A stretch of 64,000 nucleotides of DNA. Source: Octopus vulgaris (lineage: Eukaryota). Below, piece by piece: positions 15,399 through 28,546 of this stretch. The notes under the pieces were generated by a model that was not told where the DNA came from, made no database searches, and saw only the letters and a list, made by a program, of their open reading frames with translations. The DNA lies in the NCBI GenBank assembly GCA_951406725.2, contig OX597823.1:104594001-104658000 (forward strand). Reading direction: 5' to 3'. Both the position numbers and the translations under genes were made by a program. The stretch's first letter is position 1, and every line of letters begins with the position of its first letter.

Positions 15399-18186
15399 TT
15401 AAGTAGTGATAAAAATAGGAGCTACCAATTTGATGGAAGATTTCAATAAAATTTTTTGGGAAATGTTACTTATGCTAGGAATAAATGGTTCCTTTACAGG
15501 AAAGAATGGCAGATTATACATGTTGCATGTATACTGTACACTAGTAGAATATATGAAATGATTACCAACAAAAAAAAAAAGACAACTACAAAAGTATTAA
15601 GTTGTGTGTAGTTTGTTGCTTGTAGCAGCGTTAGGTTAGAAGATGTCTGCAAGTATGCAGAAGACATGAAAAGATAGAAGAGGTAATATCCAAGAGAAAG
15701 TACAACATTGATTTTGATACATAATATCAAAGGATGATACATCTTAGATGAATAAATGCTGTGACAGTTACTTAGAATTTGAAGACTAGGTCACACCTGA
15801 CAATCTTGGTCTCACAGATGAGCTGCCATAGAATCAAGATAGAGAGGCAGTAGCTGTACTGCAGCTTGAATAAATGGATGTCAGCACTGACCTGAAGAGG
15901 ACAGAGATAAAAAAGATGGTGAAGATAAAAAACTGATTTTATGTTGAAGAAAGAAGCCGTCTTTCACATTTCTCCTACGTATATTGGCCATTGTCTCTGA
16001 CAGCTTGTTGCTTCCATACTACGCAACCTCTTACATGGAATTAATAAACAAGTCTCCCTGAAATTGCACCCGATGAGCTTAACCTTTTAACCCTACAATG
16101 TCATTCTAAAAATGAAGAATCACGTCATCAATGCTACAAGATTAGACATAATTAATTCAAAACAATGTGAATAGATAAAAAGCAATCTGAATGCCAAAAG
16201 GGTTAAATTAGAACTCGTTGGATAATGTAGTCCTACAAAGCAATAAAAAGATAAGATGGACATGGTGGAATACCTTTGGCCAAAACTGACCTAAACAAAA
16301 TCAAATTGATATTTTTTCTGTAATTTATAAAGAATGTATTTACATCTTAATATATTTGAGAAAGTTCTGGTGAACAGGTACTTCATGGAGATAATATAAT
16401 TTTAACAACATTTCTACAGGTAAAATTTCAGTCTGCCCAGTTATAAAAGAACCACTGATTATAGTTGACACTATTTAAGTGGCTGAACTATCAAATAATC
16501 ATGTCTGCATCCGTTACAGAACATGACCAGGCTTCCAATTTCCCTGCTGTTTAGAGTAGATTCATTTAAAATTGTCAACATTTTGTGGTAATAGTAATTT
16601 TATCTATGTCAATAACACACAGGGATATACTGTAGAAAATAAGCAGTGTCAGTGAAAAGGATGAGATAGTTTCAAAGAGCATATCACACCTCAAATGGTT
16701 TTCCTATCATGACCCAGGCAAATATTTTCTATAAACAACGCATAGATACATTAGCATGAGTAAAATATAAGCATTTTTACCGTCTTCTTATCTTGGCAAA
16801 GAGTAGTGTAAAAAAACCATCAACTGATTGTGGTGTTGTCAGAAGTATATTTAGAGAAGGTCACCAGATAATTTATGCAAAGTTAACTGCAGTGCAGGTG
16901 TGTAGTGCTGATGAAAGATGTTTTTTTTTAAAATAGACATTATGTGGTAGGTGTGTGAGTGAGTTTTCAAAAACTATTACAGAGGGAAGGCGAGAAGACA
17001 GACAAAAGGAGCTAGGTAGCTAGAAGTGAAAAGTGGAGTGAAACGGAAGGAGGTGAGTTGATAACATCTACAGTGCAACATGTGACTAAGGAAAAAGAAC
17101 AGATACCATGTGACCAAACAGAAAATTGCCACATGACCAACGGACTCTCAGACAGAAACACATTCTGTCTATTTGTGATTTATGTCCAAATGGTTGTACT
17201 TTTCCTCTCTTCAGTTATACATTAAACATTAAATACATTTTGAGAGAGAGAGAGAGAAATATAAAAGTGATAGTTCATTGTTAATAAAGGGGTGTAGCAA
17301 ATTTATAAATCTGCTTCTAAAAAAAAATGGTTGCAACATCAGTTCAATGAAGAGGAGGTTGCAAAACTTAAAAGAGAGGCTTATATTACTTGTCTGTTCA
17401 AATGTAGCTTTTTGATAATGTGGTTCACCCTACCCCATCAACATTATGACATTAATATAGCCAATGGATAAACAGATAGACGGAAAAAAGAAAGAAAAAC
17501 AAACCAAAAAGATTACATGTACGAACAAATTTAGAATAAAGACATGAACACAAAAAAAAGTTGACTGCTGTAAAAACCTGGGGTAGAATTGATAAAAACT
17601 TAGAAAAGAGCATTAGAAAACAGTGTTAATTCGTGCAGAAAAGATGATAGTACTGCTTTTGACTTGTAATGTGAATGAATAATACATGCTTGGTAAAGAA
17701 GAAGTGTATAAGATTGTCATTGCTAATGTTTATTCTCAAGTCAACACACTGGCTGAGGTTACCATGGATGGTAGAAGTAGACCAAAGAAAATTTAGGAAC
17801 AAAGTAATGAGGTTGAGAAGCAGCATGTTAATGTAGCTGCTGCTCTGTTGGCAATAACGATAATGGTAATACTGATAATAAAAAAAAAAAGTAAGCAAAA
17901 TACTAAAATTATTCTGAATCTAAATAAATGGACTGATCACCATTAAAACACATATTTCCAAAAGAGCCAATAAAGTAGTCTCTATGTGATTTAATCTGCT
18001 AGAAATACCAACCAAATCTTCAAATTAGGACAAGTTGATTTCAAAAGGATGATGGACAGGGATGACAAGTTGACTTATTTACTCTACGGTACACAGTACC
18101 TTGGAGTAAAAGATAGGACTGTCATGATGAATGCCAAGTCAGTCAACATAGGCTAAACAACAATACATTCTCCAATGGCATGTACA

Positions 18187-18218
<32 letters not shown>

Positions 18219-18480
18219 CTCAGAGTAAATGTTCAGAATATCAGTACGAAAAGAAAAACCAGTCTATTGAGAAACATTGAACCAAGTTTCCATCAGTTGC
18301 AGGCATAATATCAAATGTCTTAACAGGATTTTATATTACAAATCTCAGCAGTTAATTCATAATTAAAAACAATAATAATAATATAAATCGAAGTTGATTA
18401 TCAAAATACATATTTCCAATATATTACATTGAGGCCTAGGAAACAGGTGGAAAACACACCACAATCTGGCTTATAAACTA

Positions 18481-18720
18481 CAACACCAAGATATTTAATG
18501 ATGCCTTTGTACGTTCTATTACAGAGTGATAGTAATAAATCTTAATACAACTTATTGATTTCGAAGTGACTAGATTAATGATAGATTGCTACAGGTCTCT
18601 CATATTTGGAAATTACATTTTCTTGGAGAGATTTGAGAACAAATTTACGTCTCAACACTATATTGACAAATTTTGCAATGAATGCTGCCAAACGTAATAA
18701 ACTACTAGCTATTAATTATC
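18481..18720 (+). pseudogene. piggyBac-like transposase fossil
   Basis: Shares CATATTTGGAAATTA..TTTTCT..GAGATTTGAGAACAAATTT and AATGAATGCT..CAAAC...TAGCTATTA with 61920-62140; resembles the piggyBac FG..FSRDRFEQI region. Confidence 0.45.
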
Positions 18721-19881
18721 ATTATTTCAAGGAGGTATTACAATATAATTTGAAAAACAATATTAAATTACAATTATAATATAATTACTGAGGGCTATGA
18801 TCAGTCAGAATACAAACAAATAAAATAGATGGTTGCTAATGTATTAGTAGCAAATTTTGTGCTTGAACTATTTTAACCTTTTTGTAAATTGCAAAGCTAA
18901 TGATGTTAGGATGTATCGATGTAAAAATTACAGCATGGCAAGTAATGGACATAGCCACCTGCCTGTCATGTACATGACTACTATTCTAGTGCTGATGCCA
19001 AGAGAAACCATACCTAGTACACTGTGTTGAGAGGACCCTTTAGTTTTGTCTAGAATATGACAACCTTTTAACTGCTGGTACCATGTAAAAAAAGCACCAA
19101 ATGCACTCTGTAAAGTGATGGATGTTAGAAAGGGCATCCAACCAAAAATGAAACTCTTGAATGGAATGTAATCCTCCAATTCTCAAACGTGTGCTAATTT
19201 GATCATGGTGACCCATGCTACGATGGGAAGTGAGCATAAAACGATATGATCATAATGATAATATGGATTCTGTGTGATTTAGTGGGGTTATACTGTAACC
19301 AAAGAAAATATCAACTGAAGACATTGGTGGGGTTATGCTGTTACTAAAGGAAGCATCAACAAGAGACAGTGTAGGCATTTTTTAACGAAGAAGCACTGAC
19401 TTTACGGTATCAGGATTTAGATTGTTTGAATGCTTAGTCTCCCTATGGATACAATACAGCACTTGCTGGATGCTCTCTCAACAACTAAGCTCTGAAGAAG
19501 TTTAAAGCATGCTTAAATTTCTACAATATAAATGTTCATTTACTATTAAAGTTGTTTTTTTCATTTTTGTATTGTTTCCTTTAAAAATAGATCTAGTTTA
19601 TAACTCATTTACCTACACACACAGCGAAAACTGAAATGGAACACGGAAAAGATTGAAAGGAAGCAGGCAAACTACACAGAACACCTCTTGTCAGCCAAGA
19701 ATACCAAAATCCAGTTTCTGCATATTTAGAGTCTGTCATATATGACCACACACACATGTATATAGATACATGTTTGGGTGTACAAATGGAAGTAAAAGTA
19801 CTGCACGGGTTTATTTGTTTATATGAAGCAGATACATTTTTAAAAAATTTGTTTTACCAGAACATGTATATGTTTATATAT

Positions 19882-20720
19882 ATCATCATCATCCTCGTTT
19901 AACGTCCGCTTTCCATGCTAGCATGGGTTGGACGGTTTTGACTGAGGGCTGGCAAACCAGATGGCTGCACCAGGCTCCAGTCTTGATCTGGCAGAGTTTC
20001 TACAGCTGGATGCCCTTCCTAATGCCAACCACTCCGAGAGTGTAGTGGATGCTTTTTACATGCCACCTGCACGGGGGCCAGTCAGGCGGTTCATTCACAT
20101 CATCATCGTTTAACATCCATTTTCCATGCTAGCATGGGTTGAACGGTTCGACCAGGGTCTGATCTAGCAGTGTTTCTACAGCTGGATGCCCTTCCTAACG
20201 CCAACCACTCAGAGTGTAGTGGGTGCTTTTTACGTACCAGGCGAAGCTGGCAACAGCCACGATCGGTTGGTGCTTTTTATGTGCACTTTTCTACTCTAGG
20301 AACAAGGCCCAAAATTATGGGGGAGTGGGCCAGCCAATTAGATCAGGCAACAGTATGCCTGTTGTTAGTGGTAGGTAAAAAGAAACTGCAGGGCAACACA
20401 AGGTATGTAAAAATATTGGAATTTCGAAGCAACTGCAATCAACCACTTTTCGATGGCACACTCAGATTCAGTAGTCATCATCATCATCATTTAATGTCTG
20501 TTTTCCATGCTGGTATGGGTTGGATGGTTTGAACAGACCTGGTAAGGCCAGGGGCCATACCAAGCTCCCTTGTCCATTCTTGTATGGTTTCTACAGCTGG
20601 AAGCCCTTCCTAATGCCAACCACTCCACAGAGTGTACAGAGTGCTCTTTATGTGACACTAGCACCAGTGCTTTTAACATGGCACCAGCACTGGTACCAAT
20701 TCTGTTGTGGCAGACAGGTC
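19882..20720 (-). mobile_element. Cluster of three SINE family C copies ((GAT)n tail on the minus strand)
   Basis: CATCATCATC-TTTAA-GTC-TTTCCATGCT..CATGGGTTG recurs at about 19882, 20098 and 20476, each followed by TTTCTACAGCTGGA.GCCCTTCCTAA.GCCAACCACTC. Confidence 0.88.
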
Positions 20721-21324
20721 TTACTTAAAAATGAAAAAATAAAAAATTGAATTATGTTGTTTGAGCATCTTGACTTCTAAATTTCATCAACAAATTATAC
20801 AAATCTACTGTTTTATAGCAGCCAATCATTTTACGCTGTATTCGTCACAACAGGATGTGACAACACAGAAGGGGGGTACCACCTTCAGAGATTACATTAA
20901 CGCTCTCCCCAATACTTGACTGGTGGCTAGTTTATTGATCCAGCAAAGTCAAACTAAGTGGAGGAAGATCTGAACATAGAATTTTATGCAAAACCACATA
21001 TTTGGTTTCTGGCTCAAGAAATAGATCCCTGATGTGACACCACTATACTAATGAAGGCTGTTTATAAACAAATTTAAATATCAGCATAATGCTGTTAGCT
21101 ACACAATCAGAAAGGAGGAAATGGAATCTGTTGTCAAGTATGCAGACATGAGACAGGTTGAGTTAATGGTCAATGGTCCATTATCTCCATTTCAGAACCA
21201 TTGTGCTTGTCCAAGACTAGAGCTCAAACATTCAAGCAAAGAAAGACTTCATTGATTTAGAGAGGAAACTTGCTCCTTGTCAATAGTGTACAAGTTTAAC
21301 AGGAGAAATATTATGGACACTTAC

Positions 21325-22788
21325 CTTCATTTAGTAAAATGTTTTCCCTGCTGCTGTCTTCAAGATATGTAAATTTCCTCATGGAGAAAGACATTGACCG
21401 AGATTCATTGATGTGTAAATAGACTGGGAGGTTTTCGTTGCTGTTTTGCGTGGCACTACTGCCACTGTTACTATTGGGGGAAAAGAAGGGCTGCTGGGAT
21501 ATGTTGTTTGATGGAGATAAAGGTTGACTGGTAGATTCCACAATATTTTCTTTTGTATCAGAGTCACTGGTAGCATTGCAATAGCACTTAGAGTGGTGAC
21601 TGACCACACTAGAAGCAGTGCCATTCTTCTTTGAACACCGACACTCCTCCAGTACATTCAGTTTGGAACTACGCTGAAAAACTGTAGGGGGCGGTGCTGG
21701 TGGTGGCGATGTTGCATCTGACTTTGCTGTGTCCACAATGACGCAACAACTGGAGCAGCTGTTGCGCTGCTTCACCATGCGGCACCATTTGCTATTGCTA
21801 TCACTCAGTCTGGTATGAAGATCACAGCAGCTAGAAGTAGGGGGAGGTGGAGGAGGAGGAGGAGAGAAGTTTGTAGCAAGATGATGGTGGTTGTGGTGGA
21901 GGTGGCTGTTGTGGAGATGGTGGTGGTGGTGGAGGTGGTGATGGTGATGACAAGAGGAGGTAGAAGTAAGAGTTCTATCACAGACAGTGCAGCAGGATTG
22001 CTTCATGCATCGGTTAGTAGAATCATCGCCACCCCCACTACTGTTATTCAGAGATGGAGGACAAGAGTTCTCACAGTTGCAGTTCCAACAGTAGCCAGAG
22101 GTCTTACTGTGTCGGCAGCAGGTGTTGGTAGTGGACTCACCGCAGCATGCTGAGCAGCAAGTGTATTGCTCCAAAGTGTCAGCATTGGATGGATTGACTG
22201 AGTGAAGTCGAGTTCTTTGGCAGCACTTTGTTACATTGCTGGCTGTTGTGCTGTTGGTTGTATTTGTGCAGCTGGTTGATGTCATGTTGTTGGTGGCTGC
22301 AGTGTTATTGGTGTTTAAACTATTGGAAACGCCTGTTATTGATACACTAGTGCTCGATGGTTTGTTTGATTGCAATCCTTTCGGATTGTTCTTACCCCAG
22401 CAATCTTCATCCGACTCGGCAGCCGAATCGGACGAGCCTGTTGGGGATCCCCTGAAGTCATAGTATCCATTAATGAGGTGGTGGTAAGCTTCAGCTCGGT
22501 TACCACTACCATCAACCCCTGAGTTAGCTGAGGCAGGGTTGGTGCTGCCACAGCTGAATAGTCTTTTACATTCATCCACAGAGTTGCTTGCCTTGTTACA
22601 CTGTGTTACAGGTTGGTTGATACGGAAGTCGAGAGCAACCAAAGAGTCACCTGTGTTAAGAACCACCATTCCGTCCATTTTGAGCTGGATTTGTGGAATA
22701 AATGCTGGAAATGGTGGAGCCAGTTCATACTTGCTGTAGATACAAAAACTGTGTTTAACACACATAACTTTCTTTTTGCGTTTTGTAC
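21325..22788 (-). CDS. DCAF15: DCAF15-like (DDB1- and CUL4-associated factor 15) large internal exon, 1464 nt, phase 1-1
   Basis: CVKHSFCIYSKYELAPPFPAFIPQIQLKMDGMVVLNTGDSLVA matches the remembered human DCAF15 segment [43 protein letters not shown]. Acceptor tctatctttcag at 22789-22800; donor G|gtaagt at 21324-21319. Confidence 0.88.
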
Positions 22789-25413
22789 CTGAAAGATAGA
22801 ATGGATACAAGTTAATAAAACCAAGACATGTAACTTCCTAACTGAAATAATTTCCCATTTACAACATTTAGTTCAGGCTTTCATGCTTCTAGATTGCAAA
22901 CCTGCTAGGAACTGACATTAGTTTTCATTATTCCAGTGACAAATTATTCACTGTTTATGTATGAGTACACACCTGCACTTCAATATGGGTTCTCAAATTT
23001 GGCATAATGCACAAAAAAGGAGGAAGGTGAGACAAAAGTATTTGTCATTTCAATTTTATTTCTTCTATAACACTGAGGCCTGTTTAAACTGTTAATATCT
23101 ATTATATATATAGTGAAATGTTATGAAAGTTTTTTGAGATAAGAAATGGTAGACTCACAAAATTATGTCCAGAATAATGTTTAATAAGGCACATTAGAGG
23201 AGAAAATGAATTCATGTTCATAATTAAAATAATATCCACTGAGAATTGATAAAAGAAAAACAAACAAACTAAAAAATAGAGTTCAGGTCCATATAGTTAG
23301 TATTGTTATGGTTATCATTTTCCTACTAACAAAAAAAACAAAAAAAAAAAACAAACACAATAATCAAACAAGTTCTCATAATGTAGCACCAGATAGGATT
23401 TGTAGAAGTCATGTTCATAAGCCACTCGATAACTGGAGTCTACAAGAATTCAAAGCAGGATACACTGAGATCCAAGCCAAACATTTTACCTGTTTTATGT
23501 TAAAACTGTCCAGATCCAACTTCTCATACCTACCCGACTCTAAAAATATATAAACACACCATTGACATTGTGAAGCTATATGATCAATCATGAGCAATTC
23601 AAAACTGTGTGAATAAATAAGAAATCTGAATGTTAAAGGGTTAAGCAATGAACTTTTGAATGTGTATTTCTTCAAGTTTCGTAGGATGAGTCAGACTGGT
23701 ATGCAGTATGGTATGTTTATGTATTATTCTGTTATTTTGCCTGAGAGGTCAACATTTTGAAACCTGACTTTACTACAACATTCTTTGAAGTTTATAAGGC
23801 ATTTGTAATCATCCATTCAAAATCCAATGCTGCTTAGTGAATTGTACCTCTAATTATTTACAGCTGGATGAAATGGGTATATTGAAAATTAAATGTCCTT
23901 GCTCAAAATATACAATATTAGGCACATGGTTTAAGCTTAATAACTCGGTTTTGGTCAGCTGTAATAATAGGGTGTATAAGTTGTAACCACAAAACTGATG
24001 TATGTTTCAAAATTATTTCAAAACCACAGAAAAAGTCAAGAATAATAACGATAATAAAAAAAAAGTTTTCATATTTATGATGCAATTAGGTTTCATAAGG
24101 TCTTTCCAAACTATGTAATTATAAAATTTATTGTATTTTTTATACACGTGTATAAATTATATACACACAGCACTGTCATCATCATCACAACCACCTTCCT
24201 CCTCACACTCTACTCTTTGTTTGCTTAGAGGTGAAGCCTGCCCAATAGCGACCACATGGTCACTGGTGTGCATGCATGCATGGCCACTGGTGAAGTTGTG
24301 CATTGTAACAGGTGAAAAGTTCTTCAGAGATATTTTGTCAATTTCAATGTATTGACTCTCAGCATCAACAGGAAGTAGAAAGGAAGAATTTGAGGGTCTA
24401 TTTTCAAGACTGAAGACTGCTGCTTCCATTACAATGTTCAGTCTGTTGATGTGTTCTGAGTCCCAAATGCAACCAAGATGAACTATTGAGTCAATTAAAT
24501 AAATTGACAGTGATGATGGCAGACGGATTCAATCAGCTCAGTCCTTCCTCTACAAAGTAATTTAATGTCTACACATTAGATAAAATATTTGCAGCTGCAA
24601 GACAATGACTAATGAATTACTTTCAGGGAAAATTCTTTAGGGAGAGCAAGAGAAAAGTCATCATACATTTAGGTTCTTTTAAAATACCATCATGACCAAA
24701 ACCATTTCCCTTTCAACCGACTTCACTAAAAGTGATACCTGTCACTGATATTCACATACATTGTTTTTTGTAGATGTAGGGTTTTCTTTTAACAGAAAGT
24801 GAAACTACAGCCAAAAGTCAAAAGCTGGTAAATTAGAAATTGGGCCTCAGATGACCCAAGGGCAGCTGTATGGGAAAATAACTTTATTGTTATTGGTCTC
24901 AAACTCTTAGTTGTATTAAATATATGTTATATAATGCTTATCTTGACTTTTAAGATTAACACACAATTCTCCATTATCTGCTTAAATAAAGATTTGCATT
25001 AAAATAAAGAACCATTTTCATCAACAGTGCAATAATAATTAGTTTTCACAACTGGTATCAGTGACTTAATGGTTGAAAAGATAACACATTGGACTACAGA
25101 CTCTTCTTGCAACCACCTTACTCTCATTGCCTCAGTCTGTCACACTAGCAAAATTTAGCACTTATATTTTAGAAGTAATTTGAAAGTGGCAGAAAGAGCA
25201 AACAATATTAGGGAGGAAAAAAAAACTGCCCATCATAAAATATGCTACTGTCAAAGAATGTGCAAACAATCACACAACACAAGCTTATAACAAAAAGAAA
25301 AAAAAAAAACTGAATAAGTAAGAATTGGAAAAAAAAAGTGTTTTTGATGACAATCATGAGGATGATTATTATTACTCTGCCCCACCCCCTCCAAAAAATG
25401 TAAACATACTTAC

Positions 25414-25520
25414 AGGAAGAATTGGATTCACTAATATAACAATCTTTGCAAGCATTGAGAGGTGGCACTGCAGTTATAGTTATGAAACACTGGCTGCCTT
25501 CTTCTCGACTTCTTGGAACA
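25414..25520 (-). CDS. DCAF15: DCAF15-like exon, 107 nt, phase 2-1
   Basis: VPRSREEGSQCFITITAVPPLNACKDC versus human IYVSTVAVPPPGRCAAC. Acceptor ttttctgtctttag, donor gtaagt. Splices in frame to 22788 (T+GT = Cys), bringing CKDC and CVKH (the zinc-ligand motif) together. Confidence 0.88.
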
Positions 25521-28066
25521 CTAAAGACAGAAAACAGCAAAATTTATAAAGAAAATTAAAAAAAATTAAGCAAGAAAGACCTCACCACCACCACCATCAT
25601 TTCAGAAGAAAAAGCTATTTCGGAAATAAAATAAATATCAGAATGTCTACAGAATGTTTGGAGCATGAGAAATTTGTTTTAATTTGATAAGTGTGTCACT
25701 AAATAGACAATGGAGCTCATATTGAACAGATTTTTAAATATATCTAGTGAGCAAGCGATAGCAACACCATTCCTATAGCATGGTGCGAAAAGCCAGATCA
25801 ATATTTCCATTCAACTTTCTACACTCCAATACAAAAGAAAGCAAGAACATCATTAATAACGAGACTAACAATTCTATAGTAATAAATGTCGTTCTTGGAC
25901 TGGATTCACTATTATACAGATTTAAGTCACCTGATCAACATTTGCATTTTATTTCTATACTAAATAACATTGCATTTCAATAAAGAAAGAAAGAGGGTGG
26001 GGGGAACCCCAAAATTTCCATAAGAAATTCCACTGAAATGTTAAGTGTTTTAAAATAAAATTCATTAAACTACCACATGACCCTCTCACTTTCAACAAAT
26101 GTCTGCATACATACTACAACCAGGACTTTGCATCATTTAACTAGGAGAGAGAGAGAGAGAGAGAGAAACAAGTATGGTTCTACAATGCCAAATGCTACAT
26201 TCATCTGTTGCTCTATTAGACATGCAAGGTTTATGAAAGACCTGTTTTACATGGAAAGATACCTTTGCCAAAAACTCAAGAAAACAACACCAAAAAACAC
26301 ACAACACAGTTAAGTTCCCTCTGGTGTGTGACTTCCTTTACTGCTGCTGTAACAGACCAACAGGGACAGTTGGAATTTATGACCTTCACATGAACAGCTT
26401 ATGCTAATTCCTATATATTTAATATACATCCTCATGTTGGTGGCTGCGAAGAAGAAGAAGCAAGCAGTAGATGAAGAAAAAGAACAAAATGAGAAAGAAG
26501 AAGAAAGGAAAAAAAGAATCAAAATCAAAATCAGAAGAAAACACTAGTAGACAGCTGCCAGTTAATGTAGAGTAGCACTGATATTGATCAATTCCATGAG
26601 GTAGAAAGAACAAATTATATTACATTAAAAAAAAGAAAAAGTGTTTCCAGTCAGTAAAGAGAAAATATTGTAGATTGTTATTAAACACACACACACACAC
26701 ATTGCAGTAAAACTTCCCGATGTCTGTTATGTTTATTGCCTTACAGTCATTACTTTCCTTGAGTCAACAACAAGGGAACTGCTATGTCGTCACTCAACAG
26801 TCTAGAAATAACAGCCAATTTTTCCTCAAATCACATCTGACCATCTTAAGAAAAGAAAAGATTCTTTTCACAAAGACTCCCAAGAGATTCATGAAGCCAG
26901 AATGGCTTCTGCCTGAACACCTTTTGTTACAAGATCGATTATTTTCTCAAGAACAATTATATTCAAAATATAAATATTAAGGATCTCTCTTTATAAGCGA
27001 TGATGCTCAGCTAAGCATATTTCCTACAAGTGCTGTTTTCCTGATTTTTGAGTCCAACTGACACTGAGGGGTTATAGCTGAGCTAGACAATAGTATCAGA
27101 ATGCTGACCTTATAGGTCAATGTTTTATATCATAGTATTGACAATGTATTGTCAGTTTCTTCACCGACCACTAAGATGGCTTTGTCTCAAGGCTACCACC
27201 AGAGTATTTAGCATCTCAAACCCTATAGTGGATAGCTTCCACTTCTCCATTAATTTTTCCCCTACATTTACCTATCCAAATTACACTAGCTGGAAAATGC
27301 AGTTTCAAAACAAGAAATCTATTGTTTTATGATCATTTAAGTCACCAGCGAAATTTGTTACTGGGCAAAATTTGAAATATTTCCCACTATATCAATGCAG
27401 GAGGTCATAACACCACATGATCTTGTTGAGCCTACCTCCACCCATTCATATCTTCTGATCTTCTTCGTTCTGGGAACATCCTCTTTTGCTTTCTTTATTA
27501 CTAAGATTTAGTGTTTTTAATTGGAGAAAGAAATTTCGTGTCAGCTCCAATCTTAGCAGATTTCAGACAAATGACTAGCCTATCCAGTGCATAATGCCAA
27601 TCCCACTTTATTGTGCTGTAAAGATACACTATTTTTATCACTTTATATTTGTAAGCAACCGGAGTTATATATCCAACAAACACTTCATTGGGCTGTAGTG
27701 TCAAGATTTAATTTTCCTGTGAATATCAAAAGAATACACTCAACTCTGCCGTAAAAGTAGTGGCGGTGGTGGTGCTGCTGTTGTTAAGCAACAAGACGGG
27801 TAAGGGTGATTAGGTGATCGTCTAGGGCTTAGGGGCGGGAGACCCCAGACCTTAGGAAAAAAACAACTTTGGTTGTCTTGTTGTAGTCGAGGGCTCTTCG
27901 TTGACGCCCGACACCACTGGGAGGTGGCCCTCGAAGTCGCTGGAAATGGAGATCTCCAGGTCCAAATTCTTGAACGGCTGCTGCTGCTGCTGTAACCAAA
28001 TGGGATATGAAGTTCCCCTTGGTTAACTTACTACATACATATACTATTACAAGCCCCAATTCTTAA

Positions 28067-28510
28067 CCCTTTAGCATTGACATTACTGTGTGAAATGTAA
28101 TGTTTGTATATTCACATTGTTTTCAACTCATCATTCATCATGAAACTTTGAGATTTCGATGATGTGACAGCATATTTTCAAAATGACATTGTGGCTGTAG
28201 GTTTGAGAGACAGGGAAAAGGCGGCGAGCTGGCAGAAACGTTAGAAATGCGTAGCCATACTTCATCTGCCGTTACGTTTTGAATTCAAATTCCGCCGAGG
28301 TCGACTTTGCCTTTCATCCTTTCAGGGTCGATTAAATAAGTACCAGCACTGGGGTCAATATAATCGACTTAATCCATTTGTCCTCTCTGTGTTTAGACCC
28401 TTGTGGGTAGTAAAGAAATAGGTTTGAGAGACATGGTCTGGCTAGTTTAAACATAAAACTTGTAGAATATTTTGGCCAGATATGGCTGGATTGAATGCTA
28501 AATGGCTAAA
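28067..28510 (+). mobile_element. piggyBac-type MITE (family 1) interrupted by a SINE B
   Basis: Starts TTAA|CCCTTTAGCATT; body is colinear with 15199-15398; degenerate right end AATGCTAAATGGCTAA. Confidence 0.7.
28213..28418 (+). mobile_element. SINE family B with 15-bp target-site duplication
   Basis: Pol III A-box-like TGGCAGAAACG and B-box-like ATTCAAATTCC; central GTCGACTTTGCCTTTCATCCTTT block. TAGGTTTGAGAGACA occurs at 28198-28212 and 28419-28433. Confidence 0.9.
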
Positions 28511-28546
28511 TATTCACTAAACTAGTACGAAGCCTCATCAGGTCAC

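Noticed and set aside
15816-15891. Strong minus-strand acceptor (ttttatctctgtcctcttcag) with a possible gtgaga donor
   Set aside because: A phase-1 join to the upstream exon gives GQC then a stop, and no frame resembles the DCAF15 C-terminus.
19283-19371. Two diverged ~45-bp tandem units starting GTGGGGTTAT
   Set aside because: Ordinary local duplication with no further structure.
19488-19530. CTGAAGAAG...CTTAAA hammerhead-like string
   Set aside because: G12 is absent and there is no stem I/III pairing.
21379-22824. Alternative-frame and antisense ORFs over the large DCAF15 exon
   Set aside because: By-products of low-complexity codon usage. The ORF-track start (MYPFYLS) and end (KCP) are intronic read-through.
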